64,000 nucleotides of DNA, from assembly GCA_013239625.1 (NCBI GenBank), contig MU053810.1, forward strand, positions 682,001-746,000, read 5' to 3'. Shown one piece after another: positions 13,301 to 28,300 of this stretch. A program made the position numbers and the translations under genes. The notes below the pieces were generated by a model. That model worked only from the letters and a program-made list of their open reading frames with translations, was not told the origin of the DNA and did no database searches. The DNA comes from Lama guanicoe. Lineage: Eukaryota. Position 1 is the first letter of the stretch. Each line of letters starts with the position of its first letter.

Positions 13301-16300
13301 AGGAATTTGGCAGTATGTTTCAGGATCCTTAGAGGCATTCATACATTGGACATCTCTGAGAATCTGTTCTAAGTAAACAGTCCTAGGTACCCAAAAGAAC
13401 TTGATTCACATAATCAGTTGTCATAGGGAAAAAAAGGGAAAATAACCTAAAAGCCCAGCAGTGGATAAAAAAATGGTCATATGGGGTGTGGGCATAGCTC
13501 AGCGGGAGAGCACATGGCATGCACAAGGTCCTGGAGTCAGTCCCCAGTTCCTCCACTAAAAAAGAAACAAAGGGAAGAAAGATAAAGAAAATGGTCGTAT
13601 AATTACAATGTTAAAATGATAGAAAGTCACATTTACCAAAAAGCTTTCAAATCATGGAGAAGTGCTTTTGGGGGGAGGGGAGGAAGCCATAAAATCTTAC
13701 ACATAATAAATTTATAGTCATGTTAAAATGCTTGGAAATTGAAGAATAGAAAAAATTATCAGTATGTTAGCTGTGGCTGTCTTTGGATAGTGGGGTTATG
13801 CGAAATGTTTTTTCCTTTCTAGTTTTCTGTATTCTCCAAATTTTCGACAGGGCCTATTTCTTCAGTAACGGGGAGGACAACTTTTATTTAAAGATAGCCG
13901 TATCACCCTTACTGATTGACATTTTTGAAATCAGTGGTCTTTCAGCAGCTTGTTTGGTCAAGCCTCTCCGTTGGTAAAATAAGTTGACCGCGTATCTCAA
14001 TATAGGCATATTTATTTATAAATTATATGCATTTGCAATTCTACCACATATTTTATGTACATCATAAAATGTACAAAAGTTAACTTCAGAGGTATGAGAT
14101 AAAAAACAAAAACAAAAATAGAAATTTCAAGATCTTTTCCCAACAGTAAATCGAGTCTTGCCCACCCTACTTTGGAGATTAGTGTTCCATTGAATAAAAT
14201 GAATGTTTATTTGAAGGCAGATTTACTTATTTATAGACTCAGTGCCCACTTAGTGTTTATTGTGTAGTAGATTTTTTCAAAAAGTTAGTTGAATGATTGA
14301 ATATTTATGTGAAACCAGTAAATCGTGGAGGACGGAAAATAAAATCTTTGGATAAAGTTGTAGAGGGGCCGATCCAGTTTGGGGCAAAGGGTTCTTCCTT
14401 CAGGGGAATAATGAATGATAAGCTTCGGAAATTCTTACTTTTTATATGTTGATATATCCAAAGAGTTTTTTATTAATGTGTATGAATTCAGTTACTCAGT
14501 TAACCTCAATTTTAGCAGTCCAATAAATGAGTCACAGGGGGAAGGTATAGCTCAGTGGTAGAGTGCCTGCTTAGCATGCATGAGGTCCTCGGTTCAATCC
14601 CCAGTACCTCCGTTAAATAAATAAGTAAATAAATAAACCTAATTACCCCCAAATAAAAACAAAACAAAAAACCAAATTAAAAATGAAATATTTTAAAAAA
14701 ATACATGAGTTATAAGCACCATTATTGCTAAATTTGGTTACATAAACAAAATCTTGTGAGACATTTCTGAACTAAAAATACATAGAAAATTTCACATTGT
14801 TAATTGATCAGTATTTACTTTGCAAGAAGTGTTTGATAAACCATTTGATCATAATCATCAGATGAGGTTGGAAAATACTGAATGAGGAGTCAGGATAAGT
14901 TACTTTTTTTTAATAAGTCATAATCTGTTGAAAAGCCTTCAGTTTTTTCATCTGAAAATGAGGGAGTGAGATAATTGATTTCTAATATTTATTTAAAACA
15001 TCTGTCATTTTGTCATGTTAGTTACATTGTATCTCCTTAACCTCCAAAGTATTTAAGAAGAGTTGTGAATGGTACATGATGCTACATGTTTTGAAAGCTG
15101 TGATGCTCAGTAATACTTAAACTTTTATGTTCATGATACTCCACACACAAGTTGTTAAAATCTTGTGAATCGAGATTCACCCAAGGAGACTTTTTGAAAA
15201 CATGTATGTGTATTTCCAAGCCGGGTCTCTCAAAGATTCAGCGTTAGCATATCATTTTTGAAATGCTTCTTTATACTTTTTGCTTGTTTCTACATTTCTT
15301 TAACTGTAAAAGGAACATGTTAGTGTGGTGTGATTTAGGAAATATGACAGATACAAAGTAGAAAGGAGGGAACTTCATAATATCATCACTTAAGGCAAAT
15401 CTTGTTAATATTTTAGTGTTTTTTTTTTTTACTTTTTTTCTCTAGTTTTTCATGGATGAATTTATATTTTATGTACAATTTTCCATTTTTTGTTTCTCAG
15501 AAGCATGTTACAGTATCACATAAAATACTTCTCACACATCATTTTAAAGTTTATGTAACCTGTGCTGTGCATTGTTTAATATCACGTGAAGTGTAGTTCT
15601 CATCATTACTGCTACCACCATCATCCTTATTTTTATCTTTATTTTACCAAGTGAGCCAATAGGGTCAGAGAGTTTCAATGAATTGTCCAAGATTATATAT
15701 CCCCCAAAATGACAAAGCCTCACAGCCCTGTGATATAGGTTACTTTTATTAGTTCCATTTTACAGACAAGGAAATTGAGGCACAGAGTTTGTCGCAATTA
15801 AACTTGCAGTTCAAAAAATAAGTTGATAAGAGGTGCTTTTTAAATGCAGTGTTTATCAAACATCTGTTTCTGAAAAGGTCTTTATGAAGGCTGTACTCTT
15901 TTCTAAATTGCAAGACTAGACTAGTCAAGTTTATTCAGTATTATAAACTAGAACCTAGTTCTATTTTTTGTTTATCTCTAATCTCTAAGTTATTTTATAT
16001 GCTTTAAATCACATGGTTAAAGTTCTGTAAGTCAAGTTTTGTTATTTTATCTTTAATTGCTGCAGTTTTATTGATGCTTTAGATTGAATGTAGTTAGTAG
16101 TGAGTTTCTAGTTTCCTCTGGTTTTTTTTAAATGAGTGAACATAGTTTTGTTCAAAATTTATCCCTGAGGTTCTAAAAAGCCTAAACACCTACTTCTGCT
16201 TACAATAGAAAGCAGGTCCTTAAAAATGAAACGATAAATTCTACTCAAGTGTCAGCTGTCTGAGTATGTAGAAGTTTAGTACTTATGTAAAAGATTGTCA

Positions 16301-19300
16301 TTGATTGTCCAGGTGCCGATGAGGTTATAAGACTTACTTTGAATCCCAGCACATGCTAGGGTAGCGGAATTCTCAAGTACAAGCTAGGAGACGGGGATTT
16401 TGGAAGTGATCCTTGGTCAAGTCATTTGAGAGCTTTTGTTCTTCTATTGTTGTTTTTTTAACTATTAAATCAGAATTATAATAGCTTTTGCTCCTTTCTC
16501 AGAATGTTGTTATGTGGAACAAATCAGGTAGGATAGTATTCTGGAAAAATAAGAAACACTAAACTAGTTCAGAGCACTACCATACATATTGTCATTGTTG
16601 TTCAGATAAGAGTTTCTAGACTGTCAGTTTGATTTTCTGATGAAAATGTAGTTCTGAGGTTAAATCCAATTATATTTATCTGAGGTGTTTGTTTACATTG
16701 TACTGTTGCACTAGGATTTTGTTGTATTCAGTGTTTCTTGAAATGTTTGCCTAAGTAGAGGGCTTATATTTGCAAATCATTTGAACTTTGTGACTGTTGA
16801 TAAAAAAAGAATAGTGATTGTATTAGAAATTTCACTGTATCAATGAATTTATAATAAAACGTGCAGTATATAGTTCATAACTGTAATACAAAAACTGAGC
16901 CTTAATATTTTTGCTTAAGTGAGCTCTTGGCATTTATTAGTTTTAAAACAACATTTCCTAGAGTGTATTCCTTATAATTTTTAAAACAACATTTCCTAGA
17001 GTGTATTCCTTATAACATTGATTTAATTTAACAAACTAGTAGTTAATATTTCAAAAGAGGGGTTTATATTGCCCCCAAAATTTGAGAAACATTGAATTAA
17101 GTTAATAATAAACAGGTTTCTTTATTTGAGAGCCTCTTTAAGGCTGATAAAATACATTGTTTCCCCAAATTATTTGACCATGAAACTGTTTTGCAAAGCA
17201 TGTCCTGGCACTGGTGTTCCACAGAGCTTATTTTGCCTTAACTTAAAATAGTTTGAATATAGCAAGAAATTATACTCACATTTATTTAAAAAATCTAGAG
17301 TGAATTCAGTCTTATTAAAATAACAATTTTTATCACAGATTTCAAAATGATATAATTATCTAAGCAGTGTCTCTTTTCTCTTAATTTGTAGGTGCGAAAA
17401 AAGGACCAGATCAATATTGAAACAAAGAACAAAACTGTTCGTTTTATTGGAGAACTTACTAAGTTTAAGATGTTCACAAAAAATGATACACTGCATTGTT
17501 TAAAGGTTAGTTCTGAATCATTTGAAATATTTTTAATAGAGTTAAAGTTTTAGTTATAAATGCTGGAAAAATGAAATAAGATGTATTTAAGTAATCTAAA
17601 GGAAGACAAAAAATAAGTAAAAAAAGAACATTAAAGAGATGAGCAAAATAGAGAACAAATAAGATGGTAGATACAAACACAGCTGTAAAACTGAAAGTTT
17701 TTTTAACGCTGTAGTTGAAAGGAGTCACGTTATGAACAACAAACATACTAGTATATTTCTTTCTACGAATTACTAAACATATATAGGAAGTCTGTACATT
17801 TCTTTGACACAAATTCATTTCTGTAAGTTCCTTTTAGGGGAATAATCATAAACGTGTGCACAGGTTTATCTAGAAGGATGTTTGTCACACCATTGTTTAT
17901 AGTGGCAAGAAATTGTAAACAATTTGGACGTCCAGTAAATAAGAATCAGTTGAGTTTTAGTGTAGTTCGTATTATATAGCGTTATGTACCTTTTCTGTCA
18001 TGCCCTAGAAGGATAAACAAGGACATGGAAAATACTCCTGTTAGTCAAAAAAAACTAAGTTATTAAATTATTAAATGATATGTCTAAATTTGTTTTGGTT
18101 TAAAAAATGTGCACAGAAAAAGATTGGGAGGATAAATACTAAAATGTGGTAATGTGTTTGTAGATTTCACACAGCTATTTACACAATGTTAACTGTGTAT
18201 GTGGCATTTGTTTAAGTGCATAGCATCACCTAATAAATACAGCAAGGGCTTTAGTGTATTAGTTTCCATATATCTTTCCAAAAGGAAAGACATTAAATAT
18301 GTTGAAGTATTTAGATAAAGTTTTGTGGTTGAACACAGAAGATACCCAGTGATTAAACTTGGCCTGTAAAGTAGACTTTTTTTTGCAGTGACATTTTAAA
18401 ATTGTTGCACACATTAGATGTATAATATTTTTTTCTAACAGAATTGAAATGTGTCTTTTGGTTTTTCATCCCTGTTATTATTACAGATGCTTCTGTCAGA
18501 CTTTTCCCATCACCATATTGAAATGGCATGTACCCTGCTGGAAACATGTGGAAGATTTCTTTTCAGATCTCCAGAATCTCATCTGAGGACCAGTGTACTT
18601 CTGGTAAGGGCTTGAACATCCTTGCAAGAGCTTGAGGTGTTTTGTTTTGTTTGCTTGTATTTTTAATTTTTTTGGTCTTTTTTTGAGAGGAGGTGGTAAT
18701 TAGGTTTATTTATTTAATGGAGGTACTGAGGATTGAACCCAGGACTTTGTGCATGCTGAGCACACACTCTACCACTGAGCTGTACCCTACCCCCCAAGCT
18801 TGAGGTTCTTGATGTACTCCAGAGGTTACACATTTTGACCAGTGCCAGTTATTTTGCCCTGCCATCTAAAAATGTTTCTACCTAAACTAGAACTCCAGCC
18901 GTTTCTGGAGAGCTGTAGGAAGTTTTCTCATTTGGCTGCTGCTGAGTTCACACTATTGTAAGGCGGGATTAAGTTCAGCCCCAAATAATTTTTGGCAGAT
19001 TATGCAAGTGAACAGCTGCTCTAAATACTATTGCGTTAGAGCTGTCTTTACAGATATTCTTGGTATATTGTTACTGTGCCATAAGCACATAAATTATAAA
19101 GCTTAAAATTTTTAATTAAAAAAAACATAAAATATAAGCTTGAAAGATTAGTTTAGGGGAGACGACATTTAGCTAATTAGGGTGCCAAATGGCCATCAAG
19201 TTTATTAAACAATTAAGTTATTATGCTTATTGATAATATCCATGTGTTCGCTTGCAGCCTTGAGCGGGAGAGAGTGTGGTGGGGGTGAGAGTTGGTGTTA

Positions 19301-22300
19301 AAGGGAGCGCTGGGTCAGGAACCACCTCAGTGTTGCTTTTACAGAAGTGCTGATTATATCACTTTCTCCAGGTGCGCTGTTCTTTTAGAATCTAGTTGTA
19401 AGCTTGAATACTTCTCTGCCAATGATACTTAAAATCAAAACCATGGGAATTTATTTCTAATAAACAGAAATATTAATGTGAAGACCATCAAGTGAAATTG
19501 ATTTCCACATTCTCTCTATGCTGATTGATGTAACAGGCATTCCAAGTTCAAAATAAATTTTTTGACCTTTGACCTTTGTTATTTTGTTTTTTAATGGAAG
19601 TATAGTCAATATACAATGTTTTAATTTATGATGTACAGCATAGTGATTCATTTATATATATATATTTATTTCTTTTCATACTCTTTTTCATTATAGGCTA
19701 TTATGAGGTATTGAATATAGTTCCCTGTGCTATATACAGTAGGACTTGTTGTTTGTCTGTCTTACATGTAGTAGTTAATATCTGCAAATCCTGAGCTTCC
19801 AAATTTATCCTTCCCCACTCCTTTTCCCCTCTGGTAACCATAAGTTTGTTTTCTCCAAGTTCAGATTTTTATTGTAAAACTCTTCCTCCTCTAACTCAAG
19901 CTGGTGAGGTTAAATGAGACCCTGCGTATGAAAACGTAATACAGATGCCAGGAATGCTCAGTTTTTTTTTTAAAAGAAAACTATATTTTATTTATAATAG
20001 TGAACTCTCTAATTTATTCACTCGGGAAAGTTTACTGGCCGTGGTGGTGTGGCTGCACATTGCATTGCTGAAGACCAGGGTCTTTCCTGCCCAACTGGTT
20101 TTCTTGGCTCAGTGGATCTTTCCCTCTCTTATAGCAAAAGCAGCTAGCCTTTGTCATTGGGTTTGTTTTTTTTCGCTTTCTGGGTAGGAGCCTTGTTTAT
20201 CTATCATCTAATGGTTTTGGGCTCCTCCTGTGTGTTAGGCGCTGAGTTCTGCAGGGATGTTGCTGCTGTTTGGGAGGGACAGTACAGAGAAATGAAACAC
20301 AGCTGCATCCTCAAAGTGGTCCGTATTGAATGCTAATTCTAATGCAGTGTTGTAAGTGCTTAAACAGAGGTTTGTAGAGGCTGTGATGGGCTCGGGAGGG
20401 AGTACTTAAACCAGACGGAATGAGTCAGGAAAGCTCTTCCCTAACAGCTTCACAGTATTCACTGAGCGCAGACCCTTCTGTCAGACCCTTCAGATATAAA
20501 CGTGAAAAAGATATCCCTGCCCTCATGGAGCTTACAGTTCAATAACCCAGACAGATGAGTAAATAGACTATTGGAATACATGGGGAGGACACGCAGCAGA
20601 GCAGTGGGGGTGAGCATCGGGTGTAATGTGTAGAGGAGATGCTTAATTCAGTCTTGGTGTGTCAGGAAGGGTTTCCTGGGGAAAATGGTGTTTGTTTTAT
20701 AGACTAGCCTGAGTCTTAAAGGCAGAGAAGAGAGACACATTGACTCGAGTGGCCATGGATAAGACTAGAGAGGCAGGCACACACTAGATTACACGTGAGG
20801 AGCCCTGAGCGCCATGCTAAGAAACTAGGGTTTTCCCCTGATAAGCAATGAGTATGTTGAAGGATTTTAAGCAAATAGGTATAATTAGATTCATGTTTTT
20901 AGAAAGATCAGTGTGGAGGAGATACTTGAGGTGGCTGAGGCCAGATGGAAAAGGCTGTTTTCAAAACCTAGGGGGAAAGCAGTGAAGAAAAGGTAAGGGT
21001 GAGAGGCATGGGGAATGATAACTGGCTGTAGGAAGAATTTTAGGAAATAGAACTGATGAGACTTGGTGGTGAGATATAAGGGATGAGGAAGAGAAAGTGC
21101 CCTCAAGTAAAACCCAAGATTCTGACGTGGACATCTGAGCAGATGCCAGAGATGAGGGAATAGGGGGAGGAAAGAGGTGATGAGTTTGGTTTGACACACG
21201 TGGATGCTTACAGGATAATCTAAAATATGTCCCTATTTGTTTGGGAACACATGTAACCTTCTAACTGAATTGCATTTAAAATTATTCTAAGCTAATGCTA
21301 AAATTAGTTGGTGTGTTTGTTGGGGGAAATGATTCTAAAATAGTCCAAATAACAGGTTGAAACTAATGTTGACTTAAAGCTGCATTACGTGTGTACTGGT
21401 GATAAGTAACGCATTATGTTTTGTTCAAAGAGCTTACACAACGTGGGCATTTTCTCCAGCCCTGTTCAATATGGAGCTGTTCTCTCTTTTTGAAAGCGTC
21501 ACCGTTTATTCACAAATTCATGTATAAATAATTGGAAGCCTCCCATGTGCTAGGCCAGGTACTATCTTAGGTGCTGGGTTTACAGCAGTGAAAATGCTGC
21601 AGCCCTTGGCCTGGCTGGGCTTACATACCCAGCCGTGTTTACAAGACGGGGAGTCGTGTCTCCGCCCGCCGCCCCAGTCAGGCGCCCGCCGCCCCAGTCA
21701 GGCACCCACCTGAAACTCGTCAGTGGTTTCCCTGTTCATGCTTAAAACCCAGCGTTTGTCCCACGGTCTGCAGAGTCTGTTGTCAGCTCGCGCTCCCCGC
21801 CCCTTAGCGCTGATCTTGCACCTTTCCAGTGGCACCTGTCTGGCCTTCATTCGTTCCTGTAGTGGCTCCCCCGCGCCCGCTGCTGCCCTCCCCACCCAAA
21901 GGATTTTCCGGTCCAAAATGTCAGTGGTGCTGAGGCTGAGAAACCTGAAGTGGGTGATGACTGAGTTGACACGTGCTTTTAACCACCTCCTGTAAGCTGA
22001 TGCTGAGGGCTTGGGTGTTCTGTAGAGATGCCCTGGGTTTACCTGGAGCGACACTGGATGGCACGGGCTCTGAGGATGAATTTATTCTCAGCTGATGTAT
22101 GTGGAACAGCCAGAGGCGTTCACCCCTTCGTTTGTATTCTCAGTCCTTAATTTCAGTCACTCATATACCAGCCTTGTTTTACTTGGAGTTCATGTATTTG
22201 GTAGAGTCATAATTTTGCATAAAGTTACATTTTTAGCAAAGTTCTCTGAGTATTTTATTGGACAAGGCCTAAGACCAGGCAGTCATGGACTAAAAGTTTT

Positions 22301-25300
22301 TCTAAAAACATGATTAATGGTATCATAGTTAGTCTGCTGGCTCACTCTTGGAAATACCTCGTGACTGTTTTTTCCCTTTTCTAGCCCTTTATCCTGAAAT
22401 CTTATCACTGAGAATGGAAGTTTAAGTAGGAATAAAGAAACCTTCGGATGAAAGTATTTTGACTAATTTAGACTTTATATTTTAGGAACAAATGATGAGA
22501 AAGAAACAAGCCATGCACCTCGATGCGAGGTACGTCACAATGGTCGAGAACGCCTATTACTACTGCAACCCACCCCCAGCTGAAAAAACAGTGAAAAAGA
22601 AGCGTCCTCCTCTCCAGGAATATGTCCGGAAACTTCTGTACAAGGATCTCTCCAAGGTTACCACCGAGAAGGTAAGTCCTGATGAAGTCACAGAACACCA
22701 GTCAGCTTGAGATTGGTGGTGGTGCTAAGCTTGCATAACCTTCAGCCAAGTCCGCTCCTTTCCAGCCTCATGGTAACAGCACAGAGAGCAGTGCCCTTTC
22801 CTTCTAGTCCTGCCCCAGAGTGTTTTAGGCCAGGGACATACATTTCAGTTTTCCTACATCAGCCTGTTTATGAGTTGCTTCCGTGCCCCACAGGGTAAGA
22901 AATACACGCAGCTCACATTGTTCACCTTTTGTAAATGGAGAAATTGAGGCAGAGCTGTTAAAGCCCCGGGAGTGGAATTTCGGAGAGGCGGGGTTAGGTC
23001 CCAGGCTCCACTGTGACTGATCGTGTACAGGTCATTCCAAGAAGAGAGTCATATGCTGGTGCTTAATAAACGGAACATACGTCTTGTTTTCCTTTCATGA
23101 TAATAACTTCTTATTCTGATAAAAATGATGCTTCTAAATCTAACGTTGATGCTGTGTATGTTTGAAACTGTTACGTTGTCTCTGATATCCTATCAATTTG
23201 CCTTCAAATATATTGCTTCAGTTCAAGGGTTCTGAACCTTAAGTGGGTTTCAGGAGGCCTGTAACCTTCTGAAACTTAATAATTTTGAACCTTTGGGCGT
23301 GTGTAGTTTTCTGGACGAAGGTCTGTAGCTTTCTTTAGATTCTCAGCAGGGGTCAGTTTCCAGAAAAGGTTAAGAACCACTGACATATTACCTTAATTAT
23401 TGTAGTTATGTTGTTGGAACCTTAATTTTTTAAGTAAGATGTGTCAAACAAAACATTTCTTGGTTAACCCTGCTAGTTAAAATAATATGGTATGGAACTT
23501 TTTTCAGGAAAAAAAATAAAGCCAATTAACTTTTGGACAGCTAAAACCTGTGGGGAGGATAAAGGCATGGAATCATACATGTATTATACGTAGATGGAGT
23601 GGAAGGTGATGAGGCATGATAGTGCAGCTTTGAAAATTGAAGCCAACTGTAGAGCGCCAGAGATAGTAGTCATTTAAAACAGCAGGATTTGGAAAGCTAT
23701 TTCAGAATTGGCTGGAAGTTTGAAAAGTATGGCATGCTTATGCAGTTGACATGACGTTAACATTTCCAGTGAAGCTGATCTATTTAGTGCTTGAAAGATG
23801 GATTGTGGGCATAGAGTAGAGGTGAGAGGACTACTCTGTAAAGTCCGCTGTGGTGCCCATTTGTTTTCAGGATACAGATGGATTAGAACTTGACAAGTAA
23901 GCTCTGCTGATCATCTCATTACCAGTAGCATTTTTGAAATAGCAGTAGCTGACTTTACTGGGGTGCGTGTACTGTGACACTCCCCTGTGCGCTTGACACA
24001 CTCTACATTGTGATCCTTGCAACAGACCGTGAGGTAGGGGCCTGTCATCCCCCTTTTACGTATGAGGAAAAGGGACATTGTGTGATGTCAGTCTTGATGT
24101 CGTGTCCTCCATCTTAAGTGACCTTTTACCCAGTTTACCTTGGGTTTATTTTCGTTTATTGGAAATTTTTCATCTATAAAAAGAAGTGTCTGAGATTATT
24201 TACATCAAATCACGCACAAAAGAAAACATTTTTGTTAAACCGTGAGTATTTCGTACAGTGACCTGAGTATGTGAGTGTATACCATTGGCTTGATTGAAGA
24301 CATGGAAACTCTAGGAAATTTGAGGGCATTACAGAAAGATACAGGGGATATGTGAATACATTTTGCCAATAATTAGAAAAATCTCATTTTCCCTGTCTCT
24401 AAAAATGAAGAGGCTGATAGGGAGTCTCTAAAATGCAGTTAGAGAAAACATTTCATAAATTCTGTGACTGCACAGTCATCATAAAGTATCTGTATTGTTG
24501 GGTATGTGTAAGATAAACTCCTGTGTGTTTACCTTAGTAATTTAAACACAGTTCTCCTTGTTTAGGTTTTGAGACAGATGCGAAAGTTGCCCTGGCAGGA
24601 CCAAGAAGTAAAAGACTATGTCATTTGCTGCATGATAAACATCTGGAACGTGAAATACAACAGCATTCATTGTGTGGCCAACCTCCTAGCAGGGCTCGTG
24701 CTCTACCAGGAGGATGTTGGAATCCATGTCGTAGATGGAGTTTTAGAAGACATCCGATTGGGAATGGAGGTAACAGAGACTTTCTTTAAAGTTACCAAAT
24801 TGGAGTTTGTGGAGAATTTGAACAACTTCTAAATCCGGTTACTGAAAAATAAGAATTCGGAAACCTTCCTTCCCCATGTGGTGTTATTTACCGTTCCGTA
24901 TTTGGAGACGGTGGTTTCTTGATAAGCCCTGTTTTGTCAGATTTTTCTAGCCTCTCAGGCTGTCATTAGGCTGGCTGACAATCGTTTGCCAAGGATTTCT
25001 GTACACAGCTCCCTCTCTGTGGGCTCACTGCTCCGTAATTCATGGATGATGGAGAAAACGTGTTATGGAGGGCTGATGGGGAGGGTTACTTTTCAACTGT
25101 TTATAAACTATTCATTCGTTTAATGACGACTGAATGCTAAATTTAGTATTTAACATGTCCTTTTTACTAAAACATTTTAAAGATAGCCATTTTCTGGAGA
25201 GAAAAAGGACACCCCAAAGCGACCACCGTGTTAGGAAAGAAGGGAAGACCCCAGGCTTCTCGCTCTGTTCAGTGAGTGAGATTGTGGAGTGACAGAGGGC

Positions 25301-28300
25301 ACTTTGCCTTTTCTCAAACACAGTACTGTTCTTTAATGGAAACCTGCTGTTTGTGTGTCTGTCTGTTTCTCTTCCGCCTTTAGGTTAACCAACCTAAATT
25401 TAATCAGAGACGTATCAGCAGTGCCAAATTCTTAGGAGAGCTGTATAATTACCGAATGGTGGAATCGGCTGTGATTTTTAGAACGCTTTATTCTTTTACT
25501 TCGTTTGGTGTTAACTCTGACGGGAGCCCAAGTTCCCTGGACCCTCCCGAGCACCTTTTCAGGATTAGACTAGTGTGCACTGTTTTGGATACCTGCGGCC
25601 AGTACTTCGACAGAGGTTCCAGTAAAAGAAAACTCGATTGCTTCCTTGTGTATTTTCAGGTATATAAATTGAAGTATGCAGTGGGGCATCATTGAATGCA
25701 TTGCTTGTGTTACAGAAATACTAGAGAAGAAATGCTGAAGCATTTATATATCATGCATAAGATATATTCATAGTTAGATTAATTGTTCCTGCAAGAATGC
25801 TTTAGAGATTTTAAAAATATATGATGAATTCTATCATATAAAGATTGTGATAATGTTTTAACTGTTATGAAGGGTAATTATTGATCATTAATTTTGAGAA
25901 TTATTTTGGTATAGTATAGATTATTTGGTATTTGGTACAGTATTATTATGAATTTAATTACTTGTAATATTTATCCATTTGATAACATTCTTCTCACTCA
26001 TCTGTGTTCTGGTTTTACATCTAAAGTTGTTGTTTCTAAATGATTTTTTTTTTAAGTAAAAACCTCCATGATTTTGGGGAAAATGTTATTTTTAATGCTG
26101 AAAGAATTATTTGTTCATTCATTGCTAAATTCTTGGATTCTGTGTTTCCTATCTTAATTTAGGTTGCTCATGTAAACTTGTGATTTAGGGCAAGTGCAGT
26201 ATAAATTAAATTCAGATACAAATATAGAGACATTTCTGCAACAGTTGGAGTTCCAAATGTTAGCTTGTGGGTTGGTTGTTTGAAATCGAATCACTATTTC
26301 CCATAAAATGCAATATTATATGTACTAATTAGGGGAACCATCTTACTGTTGAATTCTCCAGATGTTACTGAAATACAGTACCACTGGTAGCATGCAATTC
26401 TTTTTGATCATTCGTTTCTACATAATCTATTGTTAGTATTGTTTTCATTTATCCATTGTTGAAGAAAATAAATTTAAAACTGTAACCAGGTATCAAATAT
26501 ATATCCACGTACTAGCTGTTGCTAAGTAGGGGTAATTACTTGGCGAAGAGCTGTTTGTTAACTTTTTCTTACTACTGTACTTTTGCATTAGAGGACTGCT
26601 TGTTACTCCCTATTTTCTGAATTGGTGAGCCAAAAATGGGGAGGGGTTTTCCAGATTTGATCCCTGTTGCATGTAAGGACAGCCTTAAGCTCGACTCTGC
26701 CTGTATTGAAAACTACAATTTTGCTGCCAAATGTCAGCTGTAACTATCAGCATCCAAAGCAGAATCCCTTTCAGGAAAGTATTCTTATTTGCACTTCCTA
26801 TGACATTTTTGCAGATCCCTCAGGCAGAGTAAAGAGCCACTCAGAAATACGCAGAAGCAGAGGAGACAAAAGTATTTTCCACACTGACTAATAGGCAGGA
26901 ATGTGTAACAGGGATGTACCAAGGGCATGGGAGTGAGAAGTGAGTGAGGTCTGGGAGATGTGGTCAGTGTGTTGTGCCTGTAACAGAGAGTGTCCAGTTA
27001 AGTATCAGAAAGCAGATAGAAAGATTCACCTGCAGTGGTGCTTCTAAACTTCAGTGTGCATGCACATTGCCTGGGTATATTGTAAAATGCAGACTATGGT
27101 CTAGGGTGGGGGCCTAAGATTCTGTATGTCTAACAAGCTCCCAGTTCCCTTACTTTGAGTAGCAAGGACCTAGAAGAAACTGGAGAGGACGATTAAACAC
27201 CCAGAGCAACACTTGGTTATATGCAAGTAAATTCTTGGGTTGTGCTTTTTTAGTTAAGGTAAACTTGTGAAATAGATCGAAGGAACCAGGCCCGGAGAAG
27301 AGGAGGAGAGTATCTAAACAGTGCCATATACACAGTAGATGTTTAATAAATGCTTGTTGATTACTGATTTTTATGTATTCAGGAACCTGTCTTCAGATAC
27401 TTTAATTGACCCTTTAAAAAAAATCAAAGCAGGTAGTATAGAGAAAGTAATTAAAATTTATCAAAACCATGGCCTTGAATTAGGTTTTTTTGTTGCTATT
27501 GTTAAATATTTAAACCCTATTTGGGAGTAGAGTTTCTGTTTTCAGAACCTAAAAATTTGTTTGGTATTTTATTTATTTATAGTTTTTCCTTGCCTTTGTA
27601 AAAAGATTATGACCATTATAATAAAAAGTATATTTAAAGTCACCAAATGGCTTAGAAACTGCATGGATGGAGGGGAGTAAGTGGCCTAGGATCATTGCTA
27701 TTGACCACTAATAAAAGTGGTCGGTGTCTTGTACAACTCTAGCTTCCTTATCACGTATAAGTAGGTGATGTCCCAATACAGACTGTTATTTTAAAGTATT
27801 CTGTTACGAATTTCTTGTAGCTAAATTTATTTTTCATTTATTCTCAGCGTTATGTTTGGTGGAAGAAAAGTTTGGAGGTTTGGACGAAAGATCATCCATT
27901 TCCTGTTGACATAGATTACACGATCAGTGACAGCCTAGAACTGCTAAGACCGAAGATCAAACTGTGTAATTCTCTGGAAGAATCCATCAGGCAGGTACAC
28001 GCCTTGGAGCGAGAGTTCTTAATAAAACTGGGTAAGCAGTGAACTACAGAGAGAAGAATCGAGATGGTGTTTGGCAGATTGTTGTTAGAACTTGCTTTAT
28101 AATGTTTCTCGTCAGCATCTACTTCTGTATACTTTCTGTTTTTGATGCTGAGTGTCACGTAATAGTGTTAGGTGAGACCTGGGTAGCGCACTTCTTGGTT
28201 TCATTAAATAATCCCCAATTGGCCGAAAACAGTCACTAAGACCGAAGCAGACGATAGTGGGGGGGTTGTCTCGTTTCTAAGGACTAGAGAAAATGCAAGA

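Noticed and set aside
14537..14612. tRNA-Ala-like sequence as a real tRNA gene
   Set aside because: Continues into a SINE body and A-rich tail and has several diverged copies in the window.
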